A stretch of DNA of 64,000 bases from a virus (IMGVR_UViG_638277085_000001:163399-227398), one strand, 5' to 3'; positions 1-8,977 are shown, counted from the first letter of the stretch. A program made the numbers and translations. The notes: generated by a model from the sequence alone, not told the origin.

Positions 1-897
1 CAGCTTTGCTAATTGCAACGTTACCAGTGAACGTATCGCCAGCCACGTTAGCAAAACGAGCATCAGATTCTGTTTCAGTGTAGTAACGACCATCATGCGT
101 GTGTGAATCGTTCGCTACAGTCGCTGTAACGGTCACAGTTGCGTTAGCCGACCCATCAATCGTCATAGACGCAGAACCGCTTACATCGCCCGTTAGAGTC
201 GTTGTGAGCGTGCGTGCAGTTGTCCACTTATCAGCATTTGGATGATAACCGTCGTGAAACACATTGTTATCTTTGTACTTGATCGCAGTTGTATTAACAA
301 CAAACCCACTTGCAGTCGCTGAACCGACTTGCAACGTACCATCAGTACGAACTAGAGACGAGCCGAAGTATACCCCAGTTGTAAATGCGGCTTGGTCATT
401 GATTCTCAACCATGAATCAAATCCGCGAAATGCAGTTTTCGCGTTGATGTCAATGTTCTCAATGCCGAAGTTTGCTGCCGTTGCATCAATACGAAATCGA
501 GTTGTCGCTGTATCATTTTCACGTAAACTAAAATTACCACCATCGTTGATCAGATACCAACGCTTTGTACCGTCATTATCTTGAAGCAACAGACGCGGAG
601 AACCACCTCGAATCTCAATTTCATTCGCCGTATTTGTCAGTTTACCCGTCATCGTATCGCCGATCTTTTGAACGTAGCCACCGCCCGCAATCGGGGCAAA
701 TCGAGCATCAGATTCAGCTTTTGTAAATGCAGAAGTCGTCCCACCGTTACCTAGTTCGCCTGGCAGTGGTGTGTCGTGTTCTGTGTAAATTTTGTAGCCT
801 TGGTAGCGGATAGTCTCGCCTTGCGGGTCAAAGCGAAGATTTCCTCCGTGCCAGACTATATTACCACCAATTGCGGTAGTTGATCTTAGTTCTGCCA
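1..897 (-). CDS. Tail fibre protein paralogue. Only the N-terminal part lies in the window (start codon at 897); the gene runs off the left edge.
   Basis: The reverse-strand reading frame opens with MAELRSTTAIGGNIVWHGGNLRFDPQGET, nearly identical to the N-terminus of the 970..4254 product. It contains the same YHPNADKWTTARTLT...GDVSGSASxDGS repeat unit. It is not in the ORF track because it is truncated by the window edge. Confidence 0.6.
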
Positions 898-943
898 TGT
901 TATTCTCTCATTGAGTACGTTTATCATGTATTTATGAAGATAC

Positions 944-970
944 AAAAAAAGCTCCCGAAGGAGCTTTTAT
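944..970 (-). terminator. Rho-independent terminator (hairpin aagctcccgaaggagctt flanked by A/T runs; possibly bidirectional)
   Basis: Perfect 7-bp GC-rich stem with a 4-nt loop, followed by a T-run on the minus strand immediately after the stop of the 970..4254 gene. Confidence 0.6.
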
Positions 971-3900
971 TAACTTAGTAGTGCTTCTAGTCTAGCGATT
1001 CGTTCTTCAAGAGCTTCGCGTTTGCGCTTCTCTTCTTTGATACCCTCGATCAATAGACCAACCATATTTCCGTATGCAACTGCATAGTGACCATCAGCAT
1101 CGCCACCGGATTCAACAACAGCTTCTGGTAGAACTTCAAGAACTTCTTGAGCAATTACACCAGTTTGTCGCGGACATTCAACGTCTGTACGATCATATGT
1201 GTAACCATTCAGACGGTCAATCTTCTCAAGCGGATTTGTGATTCGCTCAACGTTAGTCTTGACTCGCGCATCCGAGTATGCTGTAATATTACCAGCAGAT
1301 TGAATGCTTTGATAGTAGTAGAAACCACTTGTCGCATCAGTTGAGTTATGAATCCATGATGTATTACGAGCTCCGAAATGCCATGTCTTACCGTTATCAG
1401 AACGGAAAAGCCAGCTACCTTCGTTCGATGAGTTCTGCATGTATCGTGTAGTATCGCCACCCAATGCAATGACGTTCTTAACCATCAGGTTACCGCCAGT
1501 CGTCAAAGACATTGCCCCATCAGTCGCTGCGTCACCCTCATCACGCCACAAGAATCCACGATCCGTATCGTTGTTCATTGTGAACGTCATTGCGTAGTCA
1601 TTCAACCAACCAAAGGATTGTCCGCTTGCCATGCCGATTGTATATGAACCACTAGACCACACTCGAATCTTATCATAAGAAGAAACACCAGTTGAGATCA
1701 ATGTCCCATTGACTGTGAAGCTTCCATCAGAATGAGTATGATTGTGTGAATCATTCGCAACCGCAACAGATAATGTAACGTTTGCGCTACCGTCGATTGA
1801 AGCAGAACCACTTACATCGCCGTTCAGAGTCAGAGTACGAGCCGTAGTCCACTTATCTGCCAACGGGTGATAAGATGAGTTGTAGTTCGCACGCCATCCC
1901 GGTGAATAGCTAGACCCATTATCAATGTAGATGAATTCTTGTCTAGTTGTCGCACCAGAAGCAGTTGTCGGTGTAATAACTTTGATTGTGCAGTTTGTAG
2001 TTGAAGTACCATGAACTTCAATCACAGAACCCGCAGTCCCAAACACACCAAAACCAGTGTCTACCGTCACCTGAGCAGCATATGACCAACTACCACGACA
2101 TGTCCAATACCAAGTTGAGAACGCGCCTTGTGCAGACAGCAATGAAATAAATTCAGCAGTCGTTACTCGATTATTTGTCCCAAATGAAATTTGACCTGCA
2201 CCGTTAGTGCCTGTAACCTCTTGAGGAGACCATGATACGTTAGCTGTACCGTTTACAGACTTGCCAGTTTTCCCGATTGTCAACGTACGAGCAGTTGTCC
2301 ACTTCGTCGCTTGTGTAGCTGAAGTCGCAGATGTTGCAGTCGTAGCGTTACCACTCAATGCCCCGATGAATGTCGGTGCTGTGATATTCACAGTCGATGT
2401 AATTGAAGTACTCTTAACTGAAAATTGTTTATTGTCAGCTAGTATACCACCGACGCCAAGAACAACCTCGCCTGCCGTGTTTGAGTTGTGCAAATACACC
2501 GCAGTGCGGTTACCAATCAATCCAAATTTATCAACTTTAACCGTTTCAGATGCAGGAGCCGTATTGCCAGCAGAGTCAGTGATGATCAATGATGAACTCA
2601 TCGTATCACCAGTTTTCTGTACGTAGCCGCCGCCCGCAATAGGTGCGAATCTCGCGTCTGCTTCAGTCTCGGTGTAGTATCGACCATCGTGCGTATGTGA
2701 GTCATTAGCAACCACAACAGACAAGGTAACGTTTGAGCTACCGTCGATTGAAGCAGAACCACTTACATCGCCGTTCAGAGTCAATGTTCTTGCAGTTGTC
2801 CACTTATCAGCCAATGGGTGATATTCATCATCGAAGATCTTCATCCACGCTGAACTAACACCAGACTCTCGACGCTTCCACCATAGGCGATTACTATTCT
2901 GACCCATAGCAAGAGTCATTGCATAACCGTTACCGTTGTTGTGCTCAGTATGAACACCCCACATCCAACCAGTTTCTTCAGCAGGCTTACCCGTGATTGA
3001 GCTATTTACATCAATGAAACCGCTTCGTTGGTAATCATCAATGTCACCGGAAGATAGCTGCATCGAGCCGATTTTGCCGCCAGATGTTCCACCAAAACCG
3101 TAAACCACGTTACTTGACTGAGCTTGTGTAGTAGGTACATTCAAGTAACCAGTCATCGTATCGCCAGTCGCGTTTACGAAACGAGCATCAGATTCTGCTT
3201 CGGTGTAGTAACGACCATCGTGAGTATGAGAGTCGTCAGCAACTGTAACTGCGAGTGAAATATTCGAGCTACCATCAAACGAAACTGATCCACTAACATC
3301 ACCAGATAACGTCAACGTTCTTGCAGTTGTCCACTTATCAGCTTCTGGGTGGTAGTCGGTGTGGTACATATAAACCCAGTCTTCCCACACGTCTGCGTAT
3401 CTCGTACGAAGTGCAATTGTACCTGAGTTGCCGCTTATACCATATGGGTAAGCAACTTGAGTCGCGTTAGTAGTCGAACCATATGTCATTGTCTGAGCAT
3501 ACCAGTAACCAGTAAACCCAGAAGGTCGATTTAAACCTTGTGATAACTTGTTGTAAAAGCCACCTCGATAAAGAGTATCCCAGTCAACTGTGGTATCAAC
3601 ACCCGATAGAGTACGCCCCGTCGCGATATATTCAGGGTTACTTGCGCTCAGACCAACTTCAGCGTATGTTGTATGATTTGGAACAACTGTATTGATAGTG
3701 ACGTTTGAACTACCGTCAATTGAAACTGAACCAGTTACTTCGCCTGATAGAGTAAGCGTTCTTGCAGTCGTCCATTTATCGGCATTTGGGTGATAGTTGT
3801 CTGCAAAAATTCGCTGCGTTGTGTTTAGATAACCAATACCGTTGATAACAACGTTGTTGTTTGATCTAGAACCGTACATGACAACCGATTCAGAATTCGA

Positions 3901-4254
3901 TTCACGTCTGATAATCTGCCATTGATTGACATCGCCATCATAGTGATAACGAACCCCGTGATTTCCGTTGTCCTCAGTCAAGTATAGACTTGCATCGGTG
4001 TTTGCAGTACTGCTCAAGTGCAATTGCGCAGTCGATTTGGCGATTTGCAAATCGCCACTCATGACATCACCAGCACGTTTAACAACAGACTCGGTTAAAT
4101 CTGTATGAGGGTCTGGCTTGTCATTTTCTGTATAAAGTTTGTAGCCATTGTAAAGTACTGTTTCTCCTTGCGGATCGAAACGCAAATTACCGCCATGCCA
4201 AACTATGTTACCGCCAATCGCGGTTGTTGAACGTAATTCTGCCATTAGTTTCAT
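970..4254 (-). CDS. Large tail fibre / tailspike protein with an internal roughly 100-150-aa repeat unit and a C-terminal intramolecular chaperone (peptidase S74-like autoproteolytic) domain
   Basis: 1094 aa. The motif YHP(L/N/E)ADKWTTARTLTL(N/S)GDVSGS(A/V)S(I/F)DGSSNVTL occurs four times. The C-terminus (SDARVKTNVERITNPLEKIDRLNGYTYDRTDVECPRQTGVIAQEVLEVLPEAV...coiled coil EEKRKREALEERIARLEALLS) matches the auto-cleaving intramolecular-chaperone domain of tail fibres and endosialidases. Confidence 0.7.
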   Translation of the reverse strand: MKLMAELRSTTAIGGNIVWHGGNLRFDPQGETVLYNGYKLYTENDKPDPHTDLTESVVKRAGDVMSGDLQIAKSTAQLHLSSTANTDASLYLTEDNGNHGVRYHYDGDVNQWQIIRRESNSESVVMYGSRSNNNVVINGIGYLNTTQRIFADNYHPNADKWTTARTLTLSGEVTGSVSIDGSSNVTINTVVPNHTTYAEVGLSASNPEYIATGRTLSGVDTTVDWDTLYRGGFYNKLSQGLNRPSGFTGYWYAQTMTYGSTTNATQVAYPYGISGNSGTIALRTRYADVWEDWVYMYHTDYHPEADKWTTARTLTLSGDVSGSVSFDGSSNISLAVTVADDSHTHDGRYYTEAESDARFVNATGDTMTGYLNVPTTQAQSSNVVYGFGGTSGGKIGSMQLSSGDIDDYQRSGFIDVNSSITGKPAEETGWMWGVHTEHNNGNGYAMTLAMGQNSNRLWWKRRESGVSSAWMKIFDDEYHPLADKWTTARTLTLNGDVSGSASIDGSSNVTLSVVVANDSHTHDGRYYTETEADARFAPIAGGGYVQKTGDTMSSSLIITDSAGNTAPASETVKVDKFGLIGNRTAVYLHNSNTAGEVVLGVGGILADNKQFSVKSTSITSTVNITAPTFIGALSGNATTATSATSATQATKWTTARTLTIGKTGKSVNGTANVSWSPQEVTGTNGAGQISFGTNNRVTTAEFISLLSAQGAFSTWYWTCRGSWSYAAQVTVDTGFGVFGTAGSVIEVHGTSTTNCTIKVITPTTASGATTRQEFIYIDNGSSYSPGWRANYNSSYHPLADKWTTARTLTLNGDVSGSASIDGSANVTLSVAVANDSHNHTHSDGSFTVNGTLISTGVSSYDKIRVWSSGSYTIGMASGQSFGWLNDYAMTFTMNNDTDRGFLWRDEGDAATDGAMSLTTGGNLMVKNVIALGGDTTRYMQNSSNEGSWLFRSDNGKTWHFGARNTSWIHNSTDATSGFYYYQSIQSAGNITAYSDARVKTNVERITNPLEKIDRLNGYTYDRTDVECPRQTGVIAQEVLEVLPEAVVESGGDADGHYAVAYGNMVGLLIEGIKEEKRKREALEERIARLEALLS

Positions 4255-4297
4255 TCCATTTATTGAAATTTTTCATATGACAGTATTTATTATGCCG

Positions 4298-4323
4298 TAA
4301 AAAAGGGCGCTATTTGCGCCCTT
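4298..4323 (-). terminator. Rho-independent terminator after the minus-strand gene 4310..4840
   Basis: Hairpin aagggcgctatttgcgccctt preceded on the plus strand by aaaaaa, which gives a T-run after the hairpin on the minus strand. Confidence 0.55.
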
Positions 4324-4840
4324 TACGATTTGCCTTATTTGCTTTTCTTTTTGCTCTACGCAACTCTTTGCGTTTTGCGATTTTGTCTGCACGTCTAACT
4401 GCATCATAATCCGCAGCACACGACGCAGCAAACGCATCAGGCTTGAAAACGGGTTCTTGGCCCACGTATCCCAAGATAGTGCCCTTAGCTTCGTTATACG
4501 CAACGTGTGAACGATGGGATGGGTCTGGGTTGATGTCAACGTGAACTTCAAACCCACGAGTACCACACATTGGCTTAACACGCAGAGCAGTTTCACCTGC
4601 TTTATAGACTTCATTCATCAAACGACTACGAATACCATCTTTACACGACATGTACGCTGGTTCAGTTTCGATAGATTTGAATACTTGAGCGCCTTTGCTA
4701 CCCTCAAGGTGAATGATGATTACAGTAGCGTAACTAATCATATCACTCTTACGCTTGCTATCACACCCAACATAAATCGTACTGTTCGGATGACTGTTAT
4801 TGATAGCTGTTTCAATTGCTTCCCAATCGAACATTTTCAC
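4310..4840 (-). CDS. Hypothetical protein, possibly an RNase H-like-fold nuclease, with a lysine/arginine-rich C-terminal tail
   Basis: 176-aa ORF. The N-terminal motif TIYVGCDSK...ISYATVIIIH resembles the first beta-strand / catalytic Asp region of RNase H-like (RuvC/YqgF-type) folds. The C-terminus KRKELRRAKRKANKANRKGRK is basic and nucleic-acid-binding-like. The assignment is weak. Confidence 0.35.
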   Translation of the reverse strand: MKMFDWEAIETAINNSHPNSTIYVGCDSKRKSDMISYATVIIIHLEGSKGAQVFKSIETEPAYMSCKDGIRSRLMNEVYKAGETALRVKPMCGTRGFEVHVDINPDPSHRSHVAYNEAKGTILGYVGQEPVFKPDAFAASCAADYDAVRRADKIAKRKELRRAKRKANKANRKGRK

Positions 4841-4846
4841 CTCTGT

Positions 4847-4875
4847 ACAAAAAAGGGCAGCACAATGCCGCCCTT
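4847..4875 (-). terminator. Rho-independent terminator after the minus-strand gene 4885..6321
   Basis: Hairpin gggcagcacaatgccgccc preceded by aaaaaa on the plus strand (a T-run on the minus strand). Confidence 0.5.
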
Positions 4876-4884
4876 ATCACTTAT

Positions 4885-6321
4885 TTAAAAGCTGTAGCGT
4901 TCAACGCCTACAGTTTTCAGCATGATCTTGACTGGCTCAAGCTCACCACCCAACAGTGAAGTCAGGATAGATGGGCTACAACCCGATACCAGTGCAGTAC
5001 CCGCTTCGCCAGCTTTAACCGGAACGTTGCCAAGACGACCACGAATGTTCCAGAAGACTAGTTGTGGCATTTCATAGCCAGCACGTGCGTACATAGCTTT
5101 GATTGCGTCGAAGTTTGCACGTTCGCCACGACCGTACCAGCCACCACCAGTATTTGCTTGGTCGAATTCCATGTCGCTCATGATAAGCAACTTAGTCGGC
5201 ATTTCTTCTTGTGAAAGATTTGCACGTTTCGCACGTTCTAACAGAACGTTGAAGCACTTACCGATGTTTGTGCTCATGTCTTCGCCTGATCGATTCATGT
5301 TGTCAAGACGCTCTTTTAGTGAGCTACCGCGTAACTGGTGGAAGTGCGGATCGCTTGAGAACGAAATGAACTGATCTTTGAAGATGCCTTCATTGCGTTC
5401 AGCAACATAGATGCCAAGAGACATTGCAACTTGCTTACAAGTCACACCTGAACGATCTGCACCTGCGTTGATTGGCGTGCTCATAGAGCCAGACACGTCA
5501 ACAACTGGGATGATGCGCTCATCAGAGCCTTCCATGTAGTTCGGCAGGGCTTTCCATTGCTCGTTCGCTACAGACGCATTACCATGACTAACGCTCTTAA
5601 CGACATCATATGGGAACAAGGCACCAGCGTTGATCTTCGCTTCACCTTTTTGAAGCGACTCGATGTAGCTTGTGTAACGAACAGAAGCGTTACGACCGAA
5701 TGCTTTTTGATAACGAGCAGACGCTACAGATGGCAACTTACCGAAGTCGATTGCATCCCATTCTTGCGCACACATCTTCTGTTCAACAGTGTCAGACAAA
5801 AGTGCTAGAATCTTACGCCACTGCTTCGCAGTTACACCAAGAGACTTGATTGTGCGCTTGAACACATGACCGTTTTTGCTGTTCTCGCGTGGGAACCACT
5901 TCGCAGCGAGACCGTTCTTGTCGTTTACAATCGCATTTGACCACAGTGTGATCGCGTCTTTTTCAAGTCTTGTGCCGAAAGCAGAAATCAAGTCGTCGAA
6001 GCGACCTAGTTCTGGAATTTTCGACATTACAGCACGAGCTACGTCAGGCTGCTCATTACAAAGCTTAGTGAATAGAGTACGGAAAGTACCACGTTCACCC
6101 GCACCACCGCGAACATCACGAGACCACAAAAGAATGCGTGTCGCTAGTTCTGGGTTTTCTGCAAACGCACGACCGAACAGTGTTTTAGACTGATCGTTAC
6201 CACGCATAGCAGCAATACCGAAGAACAAGTTTAGACACTCGTTACCTGAAGTGCTGTGAGTAACTGCACCGTTTGCTGTACGTGAATCGTTTGATTGCAT
6301 AGCGTTCATAAATGCTGACAT
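4885..6321 (-). CDS. von Willebrand factor A (MIDAS) domain protein of the DUF2828-like type, with an N-terminal roughly 260-aa helical domain followed by vWA. This architecture is reminiscent of Ro60/Rsr (TROVE+vWA).
   Basis: 478 aa. The MIDAS motif VVDVSGSMS lies at about residue 270, followed by an alpha/beta vWA-like region. The N-terminus MSAFMNAMQSNDSRTANGAVTHSTSGNECLNLFF matches my recollection of DUF2828-family N-termini. Confidence 0.5.
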   Translation of the reverse strand: MSAFMNAMQSNDSRTANGAVTHSTSGNECLNLFFGIAAMRGNDQSKTLFGRAFAENPELATRILLWSRDVRGGAGERGTFRTLFTKLCNEQPDVARAVMSKIPELGRFDDLISAFGTRLEKDAITLWSNAIVNDKNGLAAKWFPRENSKNGHVFKRTIKSLGVTAKQWRKILALLSDTVEQKMCAQEWDAIDFGKLPSVASARYQKAFGRNASVRYTSYIESLQKGEAKINAGALFPYDVVKSVSHGNASVANEQWKALPNYMEGSDERIIPVVDVSGSMSTPINAGADRSGVTCKQVAMSLGIYVAERNEGIFKDQFISFSSDPHFHQLRGSSLKERLDNMNRSGEDMSTNIGKCFNVLLERAKRANLSQEEMPTKLLIMSDMEFDQANTGGGWYGRGERANFDAIKAMYARAGYEMPQLVFWNIRGRLGNVPVKAGEAGTALVSGCSPSILTSLLGGELEPVKIMLKTVGVERYSF

Positions 6322-6412
6322 TGTTTATTCCTCATATTAAATTGCTGTAAAATGTCGTTTTGATGTGATGATTATACACGGATTTGAACCCGTGTAAACA
6401 CTTTTTTCAATT

Positions 6413-6727
6413 TTATCGAAAATTCATTCGAGTTAGATTCGTACCGTTTTCGTGAATCTCAACTAGCACGCGACCGCCCGTTTCATAAGACGTTCGGATA
6501 GAACGATAACCATGCTCTTCGAAGAATGTACGAATAATAGTCGCACCACGCTTGTCTTTATCAGCAGCGTGAATGGGCACTTTTACGATGATAGGGAAAC
6601 TAGACCCCGACTCAACTGCGTGCATGAATTCTTTCTCACATTCGCTCGTGTAATGCTCGGTAAGAATTCGTTTTTCTTCTGCTTCACGAGCGTGAATTTG
6701 TTGTTTGAGATCATTATGATTAATCAT
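6413..6727 (-). CDS. Hypothetical protein
   Basis: 104-aa ORF, tightly packed with its neighbours. Confidence 0.4.
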   Translation of the reverse strand: MINHNDLKQQIHAREAEEKRILTEHYTSECEKEFMHAVESGSSFPIIVKVPIHAADKDKRGATIIRTFFEEHGYRSIRTSYETGGRVLVEIHENGTNLTRMNFR

Positions 6728-7059
6728 TGAAACCCCGCTTGTTTGTTTTCTCGAATTGTCAATTTGACAAAAGAATATGAGTAATCTCTCATATCACGCG
6801 GATCTCCAGAGTAATGTCCGAACTGTGCATCGAAGTTATGAAAACCCTCGCGTCGCATGACGCCTTTGATGAGAGACATCATTTCATCACAACATTCATT
6901 GCGGTCAACATTCACCTGAATCGTGATTGGAAACTGAAACCCAGCAACGCCCCCGATTTTACGTTCGATTGCTTTGCGCATTTCAACTACGAAGAGTTCT
7001 TCACGAGTTGAGCGATTCTGTTTGACTTTTTGAATTAATGTATCGTATAAATTACCCAT
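6724..7059 (-). CDS. Hypothetical protein (start placed at the internal Met MGNLYDTL; the ORF track extends it to 7131)
   Basis: An ORF exists. The longer version would overlap the upstream gene by 80 nt, whereas the Met at 7059 gives an 8-nt overlap. Confidence 0.35.
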   Translation of the reverse strand: MGNLYDTLIQKVKQNRSTREELFVVEMRKAIERKIGGVAGFQFPITIQVNVDRNECCDEMMSLIKGVMRREGFHNFDAQFGHYSGDPRDMRDYSYSFVKLTIRENKQAGFQ

Positions 7060-7426
7060 CAATATATTCCTTAATCGGCTTAGAAAAGTGACGAATACAA
7101 GAACTGTCAAGTCGTTTACGACCATCACCATCTATATCAGGTAGTGTGTATTCGTCATTAAACGGCTGACCGCTTTCTTTCGCAATCTCATAGGCATCGG
7201 CTCGATTGAAGTATTCACCACAATAGTTGATAAACCCCTGACCGCGATCCCCGAGTTCGTTTCGATGTTCATATGTACAACCTAGTTCTTTCAATAACTT
7301 AAAGACTGATTGCATGTTTCGACCGAAATGGCAGCTATCAGCAACAACAATGTCGCGCACTTCACCGTTCGGTAGTGTCACTCGAATTGCATTAGCAGCA
7401 GACGATATTACATTGACGTGCGACAT
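7052..7426 (-). CDS. Hypothetical protein
   Basis: 124-aa ORF. Confidence 0.4.
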   Translation of the reverse strand: MSHVNVISSAANAIRVTLPNGEVRDIVVADSCHFGRNMQSVFKLLKELGCTYEHRNELGDRGQGFINYCGEYFNRADAYEIAKESGQPFNDEYTLPDIDGDGRKRLDSSCIRHFSKPIKEYIDG

Positions 7427-7764
7427 GTATCGTACCTCATAAAAATTGAACCAACGCGCTTATACTGACCAGAGTGAGAAAGCAACAGAGCCATTTTACT
7501 ATGACCAACGGGATTGCTTGTCACTAGAACAACAGTGCGCGGAAAATTACGATGATCAATCGCATGAGAGAGAATATCATACCCCTCTCTACCAACATCA
7601 TCACCTAGGTCATTGTCCATGAATAGAGTGATGTCAGTTAGATTTGTGTGCTTGACGAAATTCATACCGTCTTCGAATGTACGAAGAACTAGCTTTTCAT
7701 CGTCGCGTACGTAATCTGACGTGAACTTATTAATGTCACGCAGATCATCAATCATAACGTACAT
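7408..7764 (-). CDS. Small protein with CheY-like receiver-domain signature residues (possible stand-alone receiver-like protein)
   Basis: 118 aa. It has MIDDLRD (acidic pair), LFMDNDLGDD (candidate phospho-acceptor Asp), LVTSNP (Thr/Ser) and a downstream HSK (Lys), in the order and spacing typical of receiver domains. Confidence 0.3.
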   Translation of the reverse strand: MYVMIDDLRDINKFTSDYVRDDEKLVLRTFEDGMNFVKHTNLTDITLFMDNDLGDDVGREGYDILSHAIDHRNFPRTVVLVTSNPVGHSKMALLLSHSGQYKRVGSIFMRYDTCRTSM

Positions 7765-7826
7765 AATATTTCTCTTTCGTTAGTGTTGATAAATACATCA
7801 TACAGGTTCAACAAACGGAAGTCAAC

Positions 7827-8198
7827 ATGAACGACGAAAAAATTATTTCTTTTGATGAATATCTAAATGAAGGGTGGTTTGAAAGGCAATGGGCTAGATA
7901 TAAGGCAGGTGAAGATGCACGCAGCATAAAGAAACTAGCTAAGATGCATACCAAGATTCTGCACATCGAACAGAAAGCAAAGCAAAACAAATACCGATAC
8001 GAAGCCGTACGGTTCAACTACGAACACATCAAAATGAATGTGCTCGATGCCAAGAAGCTAATTAACAAGCTGCGATACAAAAAAGGGATTAGTCAAGAGC
8101 TAGTTCAGGCAATGGATAAACTAGACATTGAACTTGATAGACTCAACGACTTTGCCGTTGAGGGATTGCATGAGCTAATGATTCAACATAAGCTATAA
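7827..8198 (+). CDS. Hypothetical protein (coiled-coil rich)
   Basis: 123-aa ORF on the plus strand, followed by a strong terminator. Confidence 0.45.
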   Translation: MNDEKIISFDEYLNEGWFERQWARYKAGEDARSIKKLAKMHTKILHIEQKAKQNKYRYEAVRFNYEHIKMNVLDAKKLINKLRYKKGISQELVQAMDKLDIELDRLNDFAVEGLHELMIQHKL

Positions 8199-8203
8199 AA
8201 GAA

Positions 8204-8228
8204 AAGCCCCGTTTTTGGGGCTTTTTTG
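8204..8228 (+). terminator. Rho-independent terminator (aagccccgtttttggggctt + T-run)
   Basis: 7-bp GC stem followed by ttttttg. Confidence 0.7.
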
Positions 8229-8229
8229 T

Positions 8230-8442
8230 TTAATGTGAGTGGCGTAACTTCTTTTCGATCATTCGATCTACAATCGTGGAGTACATAAGATGCTCTTTGT
8301 AGTATTTCTCATCAACTCGGTTGCACTGGAATTGTCGAAAATCTTTGCGTAAGCGGGCAATGAATTTATTAAGTGCTTTGCGCACTTTGCAAACTTCAGA
8401 CAGTTCCATGCTTTTTAGTGTATCTTCAGAAAGTATTTCCAT
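8230..8442 (-). CDS. Hypothetical protein
   Basis: 70-aa ORF. Confidence 0.35.
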   Translation of the reverse strand: MEILSEDTLKSMELSEVCKVRKALNKFIARLRKDFRQFQCNRVDEKYYKEHLMYSTIVDRMIEKKLRHSH

Positions 8443-8470
8443 GATTGTTCACCTCTTAGTTAATAGAATA

Positions 8471-8516
8471 CGGGAGACACGGGAATCGAACCCATTGCCT
8501 TGACCACATATCTCCC
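8471..8516 (-). ncRNA. tRNA-like minihelix (acceptor stem + T-arm only, 46 nt) or internally deleted tRNA remnant
   Basis: The reverse complement reads GGGAGAT-[14 nt]-ATGGG TTCGATT CCCGT GTCTCCC G. This gives a 7-bp acceptor stem (one G.U) and a canonical T-arm, but no D or anticodon arm. Confidence 0.4.
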
Positions 8517-8540
8517 ACTGAGAGTTACGCCAATCTGAGG

Positions 8541-8771
8541 TTAGTGTGCTAGACGCATCAAACGGCGCATACGTTCGCGTTCAGATAAATCTTCCAAATT
8601 TTCTTGTTTCACCTCTTTGATTTCTTCTTCGGGTTCTTCAGCTTCCTTTTTGATTTTTTCAGCATCGGGACCGATGTTTTTCCAAAGCGAAGCATTTCGC
8701 CAGTTATCGTTAAAACCATTACCTAAACCGCGCCCTTCACGCGCATGAGATTTTTGATGAATGTTTTTCAT
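8541..8771 (-). CDS. Hypothetical protein
   Basis: 76-aa ORF. Confidence 0.35.
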   Translation of the reverse strand: MKNIHQKSHAREGRGLGNGFNDNWRNASLWKNIGPDAEKIKKEAEEPEEEIKEVKQENLEDLSERERMRRLMRLAH

Positions 8772-8977
8772 TATTCGTTAGATTTCTTTGTTACTTGTCT
8801 TGCTACGCCAACAGCAGCAGCACCAGCAGCTACTTTAGCACCTGTTTTTGCCGCCTTACCGGCTTTTTTAGCGCCCGACTTGATACGATCTTTTACAGAA
8901 CGTTTCTTTTTCTTTTTGTCTTCTGGGCGCGACTCTTCGATTTCTGACATGAATTTGTCAAAGGTTTTCTCACTCAT
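8771..8977 (-). CDS. Hypothetical protein (Lys/Ala-rich)
   Basis: 68-aa ORF. Confidence 0.35.
   Translation of the reverse strand: MSEKTFDKFMSEIEESRPEDKKKKKRSVKDRIKSGAKKAGKAAKTGAKVAAGAAAVGVARQVTKKSNE

Noticed and set aside
264-584. Plus-strand ORF of 106 aa.
   Set aside because: It lies entirely inside the minus-strand tail-fibre gene (1..897), whose N-terminus is a close paralogue of the 970..4254 product. It is an antisense artefact.
1147-2626. Several short ORFs on both strands (1147..1344, 1209..1469, 1830..2021, 2261..2626).
   Set aside because: They are nested in or antisense to the 1094-aa tail-fibre gene.
4255-4310. Possible late promoter for the tail-fibre gene (rc contains cATAATAAATAc).
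   Set aside because: It matches 7/8 of the consensus and overlaps the terminator of the upstream gene, so it is plausible but not secure. A similar 7/8 box (cATAAATAc, rc) lies at 918..926 for the truncated fibre gene.
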